Source: Eledone cirrhosa | Lineage: Eukaryota | Direction of reading: 5' to 3' | DNA: 64,000 bases | Assembly (NCBI GenBank): GCA_964016885.1 | Contig: OZ024742.1 | Coordinates: 282,472,001-282,536,000, forward strand | Part shown: positions 1 through 13,335 of the stretch, piece after piece | How the letters are laid out: each line of letters starts with the position of its first letter | Position numbering within the stretch: position 1 is the stretch's first letter | Program-made: the position numbers and the translations under genes | Notes under the pieces: model-generated | What the model was told of the DNA's origin: nothing | Seen by the model: only the letters and a program-made list of their open reading frames with translations | Databases searched by the model: none

Positions 1-332
1 AGATTCCTGATTTGCTAAAATGGCGGGATTGGCAAGATAAGTTAATACTAACGTGCCGAAATTTCCAAGAAGGTTGAATTGCAATGATGGGTGAATTCCT
101 AAGATGGCTGAATTACTAAAAATATGGGATTGATTGCCAAAATGGCTCAAATACGAAGACGAATGAATTCTTAAGGTGGCGTGATTGGCAAGATAAGTTA
201 CTACTACTACCATGCCTGACTTGCCAATATAGCCAAATAGTTAAGGTGACTCATTTAGCGAGTTTCCTAAACTGCCAGATTGGTGGGATTGCAAAGATGA
301 ATGAGCTACCACCATACTTGAATTGCTAAGCA

Positions 333-490
333 ATATGACTGAATTGCCAATATGACTGAATTTCCTATATGATTGAATTGCCAATACAACTGAATTGCCA
401 ATATGACTTAATTTCCAATATGATTGAATTGCCAATGCGACTGAATTGCCAATATGACTTAATTTCCAATATGACTGAATTGCCAATATA
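333..490. repeat. Minisatellite, ~19-nt unit (ATATGACTGAATTGCCAAT-like); degenerate relatives at 1-330 and 805-840
   Basis: About 8 tandem near-identical units visible; the minus-strand ORF 241-486 shows the same periodicity. Confidence 0.85.
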
Positions 491-864
491 ATATCAGGTT
501 TTGAATAATAGTTCTCCCCATCCCCCTAATATTTTTCAGATTTTGCCAATTCCACCGCTATTATTCCATCCCTCGGCTTATTAGATTTTCCTCATCTATC
601 CCCGGCGAATTTTTATTGTAAGTGATTCATATCGCTACAGCAGCTGGAGAATCTAAGAATAATTTTATTCTACATAAAAAAAACATTATATATGACAAAG
701 AAAGAACATTACAAGAAACCCCATACTTACGAACGTACACTATACAATCAGCGATGCTCCCCACCATTTACTCCAATCACCTCCTACTATTTGGGACCCG
801 AGTGTAGCTGAATTACCAATATGGCTGGATTGCCAAGGCTTGGGTCGACCGAGATTAAAGGATT

Positions 865-1460
865 TTTGTTCAAGATGTTTGTACTGTGGGAGAAATGTAC
901 ACGGCACCTCGTGACTGCAAAGAGATTTTCTTAACCACTTAGCCACGTCTACATTGATATTTCTTTCAATACATACTACCATAACTGAAACATCGCTGAA
1001 AAGGACATGTGTTTGGCTCGGGCAGCCAAACTGATAAAGTTAAAAGAATCCTGGACTGGCACAGCCATTCCACCCGAGCTGTTGGCAGAAACACAGAAAA
1101 ATCTTCTTGTGACGCTAAACTCCGTCAGTTGCAGACTGCGCATCAACATGAGATATTCTTCTCCACAAAGTTTGATCACCAGCAGCAGAGTTCAAAGAGC
1201 AAAGATCAAATCCAGTCCATAGGTTGACATTATCAAGTCATCATTTTGGCTGCTGTCCTCTGCTTATCTTACCAGCCAACCTTCCTTCCAGGCGCAACCT
1301 ACTCACATCAAGAGTTGATCTTTTTATATGACCGTATAGTTTCAGTACTCTTGACTTGACAATTGATGTGATTGGTCTAAGTTTGATAATGTTGAGCAGC
1401 TCAGTGATACAGATACGATCATTGAGCTACTTGCCAGTCATAAGTCTCATGATGTGGTTC
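865..1460. repeat. Degenerate interspersed repeat of unknown class; rearranged second copy at 4448-4830
   Basis: 1105-1205 matches 4450-4550 directly; 1330-1465 matches 4695-4830 in inverted orientation. Confidence 0.6.
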
Positions 1461-1479
1461 TGGAATATAGAGAAATTCT

Positions 1480-3083
1480 CAAAGATGGTTACGTGCAAAT
1501 ATATTTCCACAGAAACGAAACAGACGGAGCCAACAAATCAGGCAGAGGTAATAAGAGCACTGAAAGAAATAATGCCCGACGTACAACACATCGCCAGGTC
1601 AAGGCAGTTTGTGAGCATTTCAGTATTCTTTAAAAGCAAAGCTCTGGTTGTGAAACACTCCAAGATTCCCTGTCGGATCGAGAAGAATGTCTTGTGCACC
1701 TCTTATCTCGGAAAAACGAAGATGAGGGTGAACATTTCAGGAATACTACTAGAAGGAAACATCTGGTGGATATTGGAAACACCTTCCTGGGGGTGAAACA
1801 GTCATGAAGAGAGAACTTATCAGGGATCAGTGGGGTGTCACTGTTCTACATCAAACTGTACGACATCCACAAGATCCCAGTCCTCATTCGACTGGCAGAA
1901 GTGGACTCACATGCTTTAGTTAAGGTCAGTCGACCCCGTTGTCAACTGTGTGGGCAAAATGGGCATTTGACAGAGTTCTGCCCTGAACACAAGACAAGTA
2001 ACCACAAAGCATTCTCACTGCCAACACCAGAGGCCCAAACCCTACATCAACAACAACAACAACAGTGAACAACAGTAACGGGACCAAACCCGGTAGCAAC
2101 ATCAGCATCAACACCAAAATCAAAAACTAAAACTACGGCAGTAGAACCAGCACCAGCAAAAACAACAACACCAACAACAACCAACACTGCAAGCAACAAC
2201 GACAGCACCAAGACCAACATGACTAACAGCAGCAACTGAACTACCAACAACATCAGGCACCAAGAAAACCACCCAAGGGGTTCATAAATAAAATTGTCCC
2301 TCTCCCTCTCTTTCTCCCTCAGCGTGTTCCTGAACCAGCCACATAGGGTCATCTATATCGTATGTAAATAGGTTTTTCATTAGATTAGTAGATAGGGATA
2401 GCATAGCGTGTCCACAATTCCAAACGGCCAGGAAGGTAGTAGCTGAATTAGAAGTAGCATCGCAACCGACGCGCTTGTGGCGAGAACAGCACTAAACCAT
2501 TTCTCCAATGCGAAACAAGAATGTTGCATTATCAGAGATAAGGTGCGTGCTTTAAGAAACGAGGAAACGGGAGCTGTTACATTGACCCAAGTAACAGAGG
2601 CGCAGTGTGGAAACAAAAGCTCAATACGGTATTTGACAGACCGAGGTGAGCGCGTGTTTGTTGAGTCAAGCAGCAGAACGGTAGCATTCTCAGTTCTATA
2701 AGTAGGGGCGTAGTAACGCTGATGAGGAAAGTCGAGAACGAGAGTGACGTTTCAGGCAACTTCAGGCCCATAACTCCTAAACACAGAGTTTAAGATTTTG
2801 GACAAGGTGCAAGCGTCTACTCGGCGGTCAATGTCAATGACTACCTGTCGGAACCGTTCCAGATTGCGCGCTCCGTTCGTCAAGAACGCTCTTCGGTACG
2901 TAATGCTCTTGGCGGGTAGGGCGGTTTACGACACCTCTAGGTGGTACTCCCCGCTATTGGGAACAATTTCATTGTTATATATTTTGTTGTTATCCTTTTT
3001 TTATTTGATTTTTTTGTAAACCATCACTGTCCCTGTTTTTTGTATTGTCCCCAATATGTTGGCCCTTGTGGCCAATAAAGAAA
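1480..3083 (+). mobile_element. Internally deleted Tx1/L1-clade LINE relic (ORF1 zinc knuckle, ORF2 pieces, 3' UTR)
   Basis: CQLCGQNGHLTEFC (CX2CX4HX4C) at ~1940-1985; ARTALNHFSNAKQECCIIRDKVRALRNE aligns to SRTALDQFFDAKHEGCVVRSKTRALGNE of the 61263-62912 ORF; RGVVTL..NFRPIT..NTEFKIL at ~2705-2805; 3' end CCCTTGTGGCCAATAAAGAAA matches the 59441-59462 copy. Confidence 0.85.
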
Positions 3084-3106
3084 TTATTATTATTATCATC
3101 ATCACC

Positions 3107-3480
3107 GCTGGTGGATTGGCAGTATTGGTAGAGCATCGGACATCATGCTTTGTGGCATATAGTTACGTCCCTTTACGTTCTGAGTTCAAATCCCGTCTAG
3201 GTTAGCTTTGCTTTTCATCCATAAGAGGCTGATAAAATAAATCAACTTTCCCCTCCCCCAAAAGTTAGTGGCCTTGTTTGTGCCTAAATCAGAAATTGAC
3301 AGTATCGGTAGAGGGTTGGACGCCATGCTTTCTAGTATAGTTACGTCCCTTTACGGTCTGAGTTCAAATCCCGTCGATGTTAACTTTGCCTTTCATCCTT
3401 ACGGGGTCGATAAAATAAAGTACCAGTAATGTACTGGGTAATTGCTGGCCTTGTGCCAAAAGTAGAAACAATTATTATTA
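3107..3480 (+). mobile_element. Two tandem copies of tRNA-derived SINE family 1
   Basis: Box A/B-like TGGCAGTATCGGTAGAG and GAGTTCAAATCC; core GCCTTTCATCCTTACGGGGTCGATAAAATAAAGTACCAGT; tail GGCCTTGTGCCAAAAGTAGAAACAATTATT. Confidence 0.85.
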
Positions 3481-4164
3481 TCATCACCATCAGCATCATT
3501 TCCATTATTCTCACCTGCATCACCACCATCATCATCATCATCATCAACATAGCCATTATCATCACCAATATCTTCATCATCATTATCACCATTACAATCG
3601 TTATCATCATCACCACCACCACTATAACCACACTCATCCTCATTTCCACCATATCAACATCGTCATCATCACATCATCATCATCAGCAGCAGCAGCAGAA
3701 GCAGCAGCAGCAACATTGTCATTGTTATTATTATTATTGTTGCTATTATTTAATTTTGTTTTGCTTTTTATTATGGGAGTTTTTTTTCCTCCCAAATTCA
3801 GTTTAGATCGAGTAATCTGAAAGAAATTCTACAATCCGAAATATTTTGACTAACGCCGCCATATTTTCTTTGATGTTCTACCGCCTGCTTCACGTTGTTT
3901 AGGTAAATAAATGTATCGTAAGATATTTAATAGATCTTGTCTTAGCATTGAATTATTTCTCTTTCAAGAACGAAACCAAGTGAAAAAAAATCCATAGAGT
4001 TATTTTATATTTTAGTTTTTTGTTCATCACATTTTCGTTCTCTCGCTCAGTCATCCCCACCACACACTCACACACACACAAATACACACACAAATATACA
4101 TACAAATACACACACAAACACACACACATACAAATACATATACAAATATGTATGTTCACGCTAA

Positions 4165-4436
4165 ACTATCGTCGGTTCCGACAAAATGTATACCAATTGC
4201 TCAAAGAACGGAACAGCCTGCTCGTGAAATTAACGTAAAATGGGGTGAGTATTTCTCAAACTCGTTTTTTTTTCCGTATTTCTCAGGAAGATTCTGTCTG
4301 ACATATTGTGTGAATCATACTGGAATAACATGAAATAATGTGTCTTGCTGAAAGATACAACGCGCCGCCAGAAATCGAACTCATGACCTTGCACTTTGGA
4401 ACCGAACACGTTAACCACTAAACCCCGTTCCTTCAC
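4165..4436 (-). mobile_element. tRNA-derived SINE family 2, degenerate
   Basis: Shares ACGGAACAGCCTGCTCGTGAAATTAAC and GTGTCTTGCT with the 47251-47582 copy. Confidence 0.75.
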
Positions 4437-4992
4437 ATAGATACATATCTCTTGTGACGCTAAACTCCGTTAGTTGCAGATTGAGCATTAACATGTGATA
4501 TCTCTCTCCACAAAGTTCGATCACCAGCAGCAGAGTTCAAAGTGCAAAGACCAGCTTTCAACAAGAACAAGGAAGTACTAACACCAAAACGAGTTTCCTA
4601 TCGTTTGAAGATCTTTGATACTTACATCCTACTAGTTGTGTTATATGGTCTTAACTGTGTTAATTGAATGACAAGGTCACTTCAGAAGCTCTCTACATTC
4701 CAGAACCACATCATGAGACTTATGACTGGCAAGCGGCTCAGCGACCGTATCTGTATCAGTGAGCTGCTCAACATTACCAAACTTAGACTAATTACATCAA
4801 TTGTCAAGTCAACAGTACTCAAACTAGATACACATACACACTAGTAAAAATGCTCTCTTTTCTCTCTCTCTATCTCCCTCTCTTTCTTCTTCCTCTATAT
4901 ATTTCTATTAATCTATTTCTGTCTCTCAAATTTCTTCAAAGTTCTATAGCTCTACTTTTCTCTTAAATCTCTCTCATATCTCTCTCTATATA

Positions 4993-5076
4993 TACAGTGT
5001 GTCCCCCAAACATATATACACATATTTATTGGAATGCTGTTGAAGTGTGTATACATTTTTTTGGGGACACCCTGTA
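4993..5076. mobile_element. Tc1/mariner-type MITE family A
   Basis: TA-CAGTGTGTCCCCCAAA ... TTTGGGGACACCCTG-TA terminal inverted repeats; related copies at 28867-28968 and 36243-36337. Confidence 0.8.
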
Positions 5077-5145
5077 TATATTTGTGTCTGTTTGTGTGTG
5101 TGCGAGTATGTGTGTGTTTGTTTCTGTGAGTATATATGTGTATTA

Positions 5146-5178
<33 letters not shown>

Positions 5179-5479
5179 CTATGTCTATCACTATCTCTCT
5201 CGCTCCCTTTTTCCCTTTTTCTCTCTCTCTCTCCCTCCTTCACTCTCTCACTTTTCCCTCTTTCTCTCTCTCTCCCTTTCTGTGTACCATTTTACATCCG
5301 TCGTCCATGTTAACACCAATAACACTGTAGGATATACTGAGTGCGATTTATCATAGGACCAACACCACCATTTTACAAGGTGTACCTGGGGCTTTCTATC
5401 GTGGCTCTCTATCATGGCACTGTGGTCGGGTCTTTTGTTGTACGGTGAGTCGTCAGTCATCTCGGTTCTGCACTATTTC

Positions 5480-5668
5480 ATGGATTGGCGGTATCGGTAG
5501 AGGGTCGGACGCCATGTTTTGCAGCATGGAGTTACGGTCTTTACGGTCTGAGTTCAAATACTGCCGAGGTTAACTTTGCCTTTCATCATTACGGGATCGA
5601 TAAAATAAAGCACCAGTAATGAACTGAGGTAATTGCCGGCCTTGTGCCAAAAGCAGAAACAATTATTT
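5480..5668 (+). mobile_element. SINE family 1
   Basis: Same head, core and tail as 3295-3480. Confidence 0.85.
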
Positions 5669-5685
5669 CATACATACATACACAT

Positions 5686-6094
5686 ATGGTGGCTGCCAAC
5701 TCCTTTTCGAGTACGGCCACTACTTTATATCCATGTAGGAGAACCCTACTGATGCGTTAAACGAGTGTGACTTTTTAGTCCAGCCAGCGACTTGAAAACT
5801 CTGGTACAAACACTACACTTGTGACAATTATTGACACATAGTGCTGGGCCCATGGTACCATGTGACGACAAGTGCAGAGAGATCTCCAGATATAAAGCAA
5901 TGCTTGTGTCATGAAGCTTTTATAGTGAGCAAAGGCACTGCACAAAGCCAGTCCCACTCTCTTAACCAAGATGATATTTACCAAAAAGAAGAACAAGTCA
6001 ACATCATTGGATACCATCAGAGTTGCAGGTGTTATATCAGAGTTTTTCTTCTAGAATTCTGCCTTGACAAAGGCTAAGGGGTCATCTCTCCCGG
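5686..6094 (-). mobile_element. RTE-clade LINE 3' fragment (C2H2 finger end)
   Basis: Near-identical inverted copy of 38921-39331; shorter copy at 53834-54001 encodes HKCSLCARVFKSLAGLKSHIRSAH. Confidence 0.75.
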
Positions 6095-6373
6095 AGATTT
6101 TGGATGGCCGTTGACTCTTAAGAGCTCCTTTGCCCTTTGACAGGTTTTGTTTTTAGTCCTGCAGGATGTCCAAAGTCACCCTCCTCACCAAGAAACATAC
6201 ATACATACAAAATGCGAGAGAGACAAATAGATACATGCATGCACGTATGTATGAGCCCATGTACATCTGTGTGCCTGCGAACGACTGTGTGTGTGTGCGT
6301 GTGTATTGGCGCGTACATGTGAATATGCGCGTATGTGTGTGTGTGTATATATATATATGTATGCGTGCGTATA

Positions 6374-6402
<29 letters not shown>

Positions 6403-6410
<8 letters not shown>

Positions 6411-6677
6411 TAAAATAACAGATTAAAGTTTAAGCAAAGAATCGCTGCTTTCACCCTTAACGGGATCTTCTGAAACTAACAAAGTCAATCTGTAAACGCA
6501 GAAGTGGATATTTCAAAAAAGTTGCAACCGGAGGAAGACTGTCTTCCTCCGGTTGCAACTTTTTTGAAATATCCACTTCTGCGTTTACAGATTGACTTTG
6601 TTAGTTTCAGAAGATCCCGTTAAGGGTGAAAGCAGCGATTCTTTGCTTAAACTTTAATCTGTTATTTTAATAAATAT
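6403..6677. repeat. Apparently perfect ~137-bp-arm fold-back palindrome next to (TA)n
   Basis: Centre GGAGGAAGAC-T-GTCTTCCTCC at 6540; arms read as reverse complements. Confidence 0.95.
6603..6653 (+). ncRNA. Hammerhead-like fold with variant core CAGAAGA (U4A)
   Basis: AGTTT-CAGAAGA-TCCC GTTAA GGGT-GAAA-GCA GCGATTCTT TGC-TT-AAACT; stems I, II and III all pair. Confidence 0.55.
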
Positions 6678-7230
6678 TTGCTCTACGGTTCTTATATATT
6701 TGATATATATTTATCCTTATCGAGCCCTCTTTGGATTTTAGTCTTCAAATTTATTATTATTACTATATATATATATATACATACATAGAGAGTACAAATT
6801 GGTTGTAAAAACAAGCGAATTTTCACCATAAAAGTTAAAAGAAATGTTTTGAGTGAAGCATGGTTTTTAACCATGAAAATGAAAGTTTCATTTCGTATGC
6901 CTGTTTGCTAATTAAACTTAACACTAGCAGTTACATAAATAAGTTAGACAACAGTTTAATTGACAGAATACTATACTCCTCCTCTTTAAAAATAAATAGT
7001 CCCTACACCGCAATGACGAGGGGAAAATTAACAAAAGCTTTGTGTTTTTGCAGTATGGAACAAAGTTACCATTTGTTTCATCAATATATTGTTGAAAAAA
7101 GAAAGCCTACACAAACATCGGCATAAATATAATGAATCCTCCAGCGGTTTCGACGATGAGCATTCAGTTGTGCGATCAACTGAACGTCCAACTTGTGTAT
7201 TCACGTACATGTGACTGTATATGCCACACA

Positions 7231-7430
7231 CGAGGGTCAGCTGAACTGTACATAGGTTCATATGCTGAACAAGATATTCGCATGGAATGACCAAATGAGG
7301 TATATTTTTCAACATAACTTATGGAAAGAAAAAAAGGCAGATATTAATAACAGTTGAAATTAATGAATGCAAGATTTGATAGCCCTAGCATCAATCCTTC
7401 ATAGTCAGCCTATGAAATTTCCAGCCGACG

Positions 7431-7433
<3 letters not shown>
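7231..7433. mobile_element. Mariner-type MITE family B
   Basis: TIR CGAGGGTC(A/G)GCTGAA..CATAGGCTGAC; related copies at 8946-9145 and 55019-55250. Confidence 0.75.
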
Positions 7434-7512
<79 letters not shown>

Positions 7513-7676
7513 ATTTATGTATTTTTAACCGTTGGTCAATCAATGATAAACATTGTTTGACAGATAAATTAACTATGGAGAGATATAAAAGATACAGAAG
7601 AGAATAGCAACCAAAACCAAAAAGTGAATGTTATTATTTCTGGCAATATTATAACAATATGACCCTCCCCAAGTAT

Positions 7677-7757
<81 letters not shown>

Positions 7758-7798
7758 CGAAATATAAGTCAATTGAATGAACTCATAATCCTTTATTT

Positions 7799-7854
7799 AC
7801 TGCTATATATATTTCGATGATAGCCATTGAATGGCTATGACCTCATCAGGCAGT
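7799..7854 (-). ncRNA. Minimal type I hammerhead ribozyme
   Basis: Minus strand ACTGC-CTGATGA-GGTC ATAGCCAT TCA ATGGCTAT CATC-GAAA-T ATAT A-TA-GCAGT; palindromic loop III, AUA cleavage triplet. Confidence 0.85.
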
Positions 7855-7912
7855 TAGTCAGTTCTTAGATATGCCAGCTCCGTGTATATAATGTTGATGG
7901 TATCAGAGCCTT

Positions 7913-7952
<40 letters not shown>

Positions 7953-8002
7953 AGTATAACAATATATATATATATATGCGATTCTCGGTAAATTTATATT
8001 TG

Positions 8003-8138
<136 letters not shown>

Positions 8139-8288
8139 AGGAATAACAAAATATCGTTATAGGTTTTGAATACTTATTATTATGGATAGTTTTAGCGTAC
8201 GGCGTTGTTTGACTCAACAAGAGGTGTGCGTAGGTGGCGAGTTTATGATTTCACTTGTATTCCTATGTAAGTTTATCTTGGAGTAATA

Positions 8289-8488
8289 AAATTGAAAAAG
8301 TGAAGAATAACATGGTCAACAGTACAAAAAAAGGAATTTATTTACAGTCTGACAATCGTTTCACTGATTAAGTTGTCTAAAAATTGTTGAGCAATTTTTA
8401 GACAACTTAATCAGTGAAACGATTGTCAGACTGTAAATAAATTCCTTTTTTTGTACTGTTGACCATGTTATTCTTCACTTTTTCAAAT
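8289..8488. repeat. Fold-back palindrome (~98-bp arms) between (TA)n tracts, carrying the 3' half of a hammerhead
   Basis: Centre TCTAAAAATTG-TTGAG-CAATTTTTAGA; GAAAC-GATT-GTC in each arm. Confidence 0.9.
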
Positions 8489-8542
8489 TTATATATATAT
8501 ATATATATATATGTGTGTATATATATATACATATATATATAT

Positions 8543-8666
<124 letters not shown>

Positions 8667-8702
8667 TTGTGAGAAAAACCACAGACCCTCCATCTCAACT
8701 CA

Positions 8703-8740
8703 CCTTTTGAAAAGCAGAAGAACTGCGAAACCGGTAAAGG
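8703..8740 (+). ncRNA. Minimal hammerhead-like fold with U3-A8 covariant core
   Basis: CCTT-TTGAAAA-GCAG AAGAA CTGC-GAAA-CCGG-TA-AAGG; decayed copy on the minus strand at ~50677-50714. Confidence 0.65.
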
Positions 8741-8871
8741 AACCAAATAAATATATATATTTAAAAAAAAAATAAGACTCCAGTTGCATTTTCGATTTCA
8801 TCTCTTTTTCTTTATACTTTCACTCGTGTAGGACACCTCGGTTATTTTTCATTTTGTAAAAAAAACCTCAC

Positions 8872-8903
<32 letters not shown>

Positions 8904-8945
8904 TGTTATAATTGGAGAGGGTATACATATATATATATAAATATA

Positions 8946-9145
8946 TAAGGGTTGGCTGAAAAGTTCATAGGCTGACCAAGACACTCTCATGGAGTGACTA
9001 AATGAGGTTTATTTTTCAACATAGTCTATGGAAAGAAACAGACCAGTTGTTAATAAGAAAAGTTAAAATTAATGCATGCAAGATTTCATAGCTCTAGCAT
9101 CATTCCTTCATAGTCAGCCTATAAACGTTCCAGCCGAACCTCGTA
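8946..9145. mobile_element. Mariner-type MITE family B
   Basis: AGGGTTGGCTGAAAAGTTCATAGGCTGAC ... GTCAGCCTATAAACGTTCCAGCCGAACCTCG-TA. Confidence 0.8.
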
Positions 9146-9684
9146 TACATAAGCTCCAATCCTCCCTCAAATAACACGTTACTGTTTTAAAACACAACAA
9201 ATTGGAACCTATCGCCATCATCGTAGCGCCAATGCAACACGCGTCGATATAGCAAGAATGGCCTGATCAAGACTCAAAGATAAACGGAATTAATTCCTTG
9301 GCTCAGGATGGCAAAATCAAAAAAAATATTTTTAAATCTCAAAATTAATCCCGTTGTAGAAACAGCTTAGAAAGCCTGGAAAGCAAGCTAAAATTATCAT
9401 TACCTCAACGTTCCATACCGCATGAAATTGCTTTAACAGGGCATTCTTGAAATAGTATAAAACAGCACTATGGTTACATTACATTAAGAGTTAATATCCT
9501 AAATCTATTACTATAAATGCACACAAAGATCGGCATATAGGCTGATATATATTTCAACAAGAAAATATACAATAATCTATATATGAGCTTAATTATCTAA
9601 TACTAATAAGAAATCAATAACACAGACATGCACACACACATATTCACACAAAGACACACATACTCGCACACACTTACACACAAT

Positions 9685-9750
<66 letters not shown>

Positions 9751-9902
9751 TATTCATGCGAATATTTTTCATTTGTTAACATTTTGAATAATATTAAAAA
9801 CTCCAGGAAAACGCTGTTGAGTGCTTCTAATCTATTGTAAAATTGTATTCGTTGAGAATTCAACGAACCATACTAATCTTTGGTTTTATATATATATATG
9901 TA

Positions 9903-10117
9903 TATAGGAAAAGAGTCAGGACCCCGACGACTGAGCTCCGGCCGTTTCGACTGCTAGACCCGAACAGTTTGGATCTAGCTGTCGAAACGGCCGAAGCTCA
10001 GCCGTTGGGATCCTGACTCTTTTCCTATTACCCACTCTACTACCCTAAGTATCGAGTACTCTGGTACGTTCTGGTGCGTTATGGTCCACCTAGTTCCTTA
10101 CCACACTTTCTTTGTTA
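9903..10117 (+). mobile_element. Hairpin family H: short (TA)n-embedded element with 5' fold-back
   Basis: ~55-bp inverted arms plus tail TACCCACTCTACTAC..GGTGCGTTATGGTCC; related copies at 12636-12670, 17630-17692, 28624-28818 and 36957-37070. Confidence 0.85.
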
Positions 10118-10170
10118 TATATATATATATAATGTAAATTTGGACGGGAACAAAACAGAGAGGCAAACAA

Positions 10171-10201
<31 letters not shown>

Positions 10202-10652
10202 GTGTGTGTGTGTATGGTACAGTATAACACCATATAGGTGAGCGTATACGATATGCTTCTGTATAATATAGGGAAACAATTATAAGTCCACCAACGAAAC
10301 AAATTAACTTAAACCATATCGAGATGGACTGAATAGATGGTATACATTTTCAACGGGAAACATAGGCAATGATCTGTGCATGAGCTTAAACAACGAGTCC
10401 TAATAAGAAGTGAAGAACATCCAATATGTGTACCGTTTGAACATTAGAATTGAAAATATAATTTGCTAGCACGAAAAAAGCTCACGTAAAATAATTGCAA
10501 GTAAATTGAAGTCATGTTTTGCAAGATCACGTGCTGTGGTAGAGAATAGCTGTTTCCCATTTACACGTTCTTACGTACTTACGTACTTACGTACACAATT
10601 GGTAATAGATATATACATATATGTATGTATGTATTTATACACACACACACAC

Positions 10653-10751
<99 letters not shown>

Positions 10752-11908
10752 TATATAAAAGATACACATCATTATTTTCGTGCATTCATACATACGTATG
10801 GACCTGTGTATATACATAAACGCATATAAATGCATTACATAAATGCACACACACGCAAACACGTATATATATATATGTGTGATTCTGAAGCGGAGTTTCC
10901 TATATACACTTTTTCTCTATATGTAACGGGATAGCCATCACGATTTGTATTTACTGTGGTACAGTTGTATGCGGTGCGATACATTGGTTGAACGCCAACT
11001 TGGACATACAGTGAATTTCACCTGGCACGTTGGATTGAGCGACCGAACGTGAGGATTTGGGGGGATGCCAGTTTCTTCGGACCTGGCGTGTTTTCAATTT
11101 CCTCACATCTGTACGTACATTTCTTTAACTCGTCGTACTTTCTTTTATTTTTTATTTTAGATTGTAGGTGTATATCCCAGACCGCCTATGGTGATAAATC
11201 CCCTGGGTATAGGTTTTGGAAAAATAGTGTTATCTCACTTAACGTTCGGAACTGGAACATATCGATGTGGTTCGTAGGGTGCGGATATGATAAGGAGAAT
11301 CGACCTGTTACAAGGCGATATAATTGGAGTACACCATCCCTTATATGGACTATCATACATGTAAGGCTGCACCACTGCTAACCAACTATTCTTTTCACAG
11401 ACTCATGCTTGCAAACTTTCTTGATCTGCCTGTACACCCTCTTTTTGCACTGCTTGTGCTTTGATGCATCTATGCTTTGCTTTGTCTTATATTTTTTTTT
11501 TGGGGGGGGGGGATTTCCGGGCTTTTTGTTCCTTTGTTGTTTTGTATTTTTATATTTATCTCTTTTCTTATCCCTGTATTTTTGTACCTTTTTATTATTT
11601 TTTTATTATTTTCTTATTTTCTTTTTTTTTCTTATTTTCTCATTTTATTGTTTTTGATCATGCTGAGTAATACCCTCACCCATCCCTTGCTACCCTCTCA
11701 CTACCTCTTTATCATCTATTGCCCCATTTAAGTGGTAAATTTTTGGTGTAACTTATAATTTTTAAATTTTTAAGACATTTTATGACATCATGTATTCTGT
11801 ATTTTTCCATATAGCGTTGGCCTCGGGACCCCCCTGCTGGTCCTTTAACCTTGTTCTGGTGACGCAGCTCGATGGAGCATGCAACTACTGATATACTCAT
11901 GTTTAATA

Positions 11909-11955
11909 GGCTCTGAAGATTCCTGCCATGGTGTATGGATGAAACACTGTTAGCT
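11909..11955 (+). ncRNA. Minimal type I hammerhead ribozyme near the 3' end of a ~1.2-kb island between (TA)n tracts
   Basis: GGCT-CTGAAGA-TTCC TGCCATGGTGTAT GGAT-GAAA-C ACT G-TT-AGCT. Confidence 0.7.
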
Positions 11956-12108
11956 AATGAAACAATGTATTTCTAAGCACTTTTTGGTTATTCCTATAAC
12001 TATAACGGCTCTGTAGTATACTAGTTATCCTACATTGAGCTAAAACCACACTGTCATACCAAGGGCAATATATCTGCATGTCTGGGCATATTGATATATT
12101 TGTCAACG

Positions 12109-12181
<73 letters not shown>

Positions 12182-12228
12182 CAGACTACTGATGATGGAC
12201 ATTCCTGTTTCTCAGTCTATTTTGATTC

Positions 12229-12262
<34 letters not shown>

Positions 12263-12722
12263 TTGCGTGTGGATGGCGGGAAGCTGAATCTAATATCTAG
12301 CTAGTACTAACTTTGTGTAGTATTAAAATTCGGTTGTTTGGTTTTCAAGAATTTTTCTGACGATATCCGCAACTTGTCTGGCATTGGAAAGATGCCGAAG
12401 ACAACACTGAAACCACTAAAGATATTTACACGACAGGTTAAGATTGAGCGAATGGCAACAATCTCCCTACAATATGTCACACACCCATACATATACACAT
12501 AGAAGCATAGACACACACATACACACATTTATATGTATCCATGTCTATATATATGTGTGCGTGTTTGTGTGTGTGTGTGTATGTATATATCTATAGATAT
12601 GTGTGTATGTATATATATATATATATATACACACTTGAGCTCTGCCGTCGGGGTCATACTTTTTCCTATATATATATATATATATATATACAACTACTGT
12701 CCGATAGATAAGGCTTAAAATG

Positions 12723-12778
12723 ACATTTGAATCTATAATGTCACTTAAAGGTTTAAGTGACATTATAGATTCAAATGT
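12723..12778. repeat. Perfect 27-bp-arm hairpin
   Basis: ACATTTGAATCTATAATGTCACTTAAA-GG-TTTAAGTGACATTATAGATTCAAATGT. Confidence 0.9.
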
Positions 12779-13335
12779 AATTATGGTGAGTTAAAGGACC
12801 AGGGCAAGCTATACTTATCGGGGGGGGGGGGGGGCTGTTATTTCTAGCAGGCCCACTCTTTGTTTTTCGCATTAGCTTTATGTTAATGGTGACTGTTTGC
12901 TTGACTGCCTTGATTGATAAACCCACGACCAAAACCTTAATAACTAAGGCGAGTGCTTTCACCTCGTGCATTATGTATTATATCGATGGTTATACGTAGA
13001 TTATGGTTTTCGGGATATTTGGTTGCTATTTCTAGCACTTCAAGTCTTTTCTCTGGCTCGCTGGTCGTCTCATTAACTTATTGTTAATAGTATTTGTTAA
13101 TTAGACTACATTGATTGATAATGTGGTTGTTGATGTGGGGATAATGTTCACTCCTGACGAAGAAACGTTGATTGTTGAAATTATAATGGTGTTTGGTTTT
13201 AATTTCATACTAATTAAATTAATGCTAATTTAGCAGATAAGCAGAAATAATGATAATAATATTCATTACCAGGATGATATTGTTCCTAATCTTCAGGTTC
13301 TCCTTATGCTCGTGCCATGATTATTACAACTTAAT

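Noticed and set aside
10950-11380. Possible GIY-YIG relic (RYIG*T) upstream of the 11909 hammerhead
   Set aside because: Only a four-residue match with stops around it; cannot be supported without a profile search
13150-13195. Hammerhead CTGACGA..GAAATTATAATG
   Set aside because: G at the cleavage position and weak stems I and II
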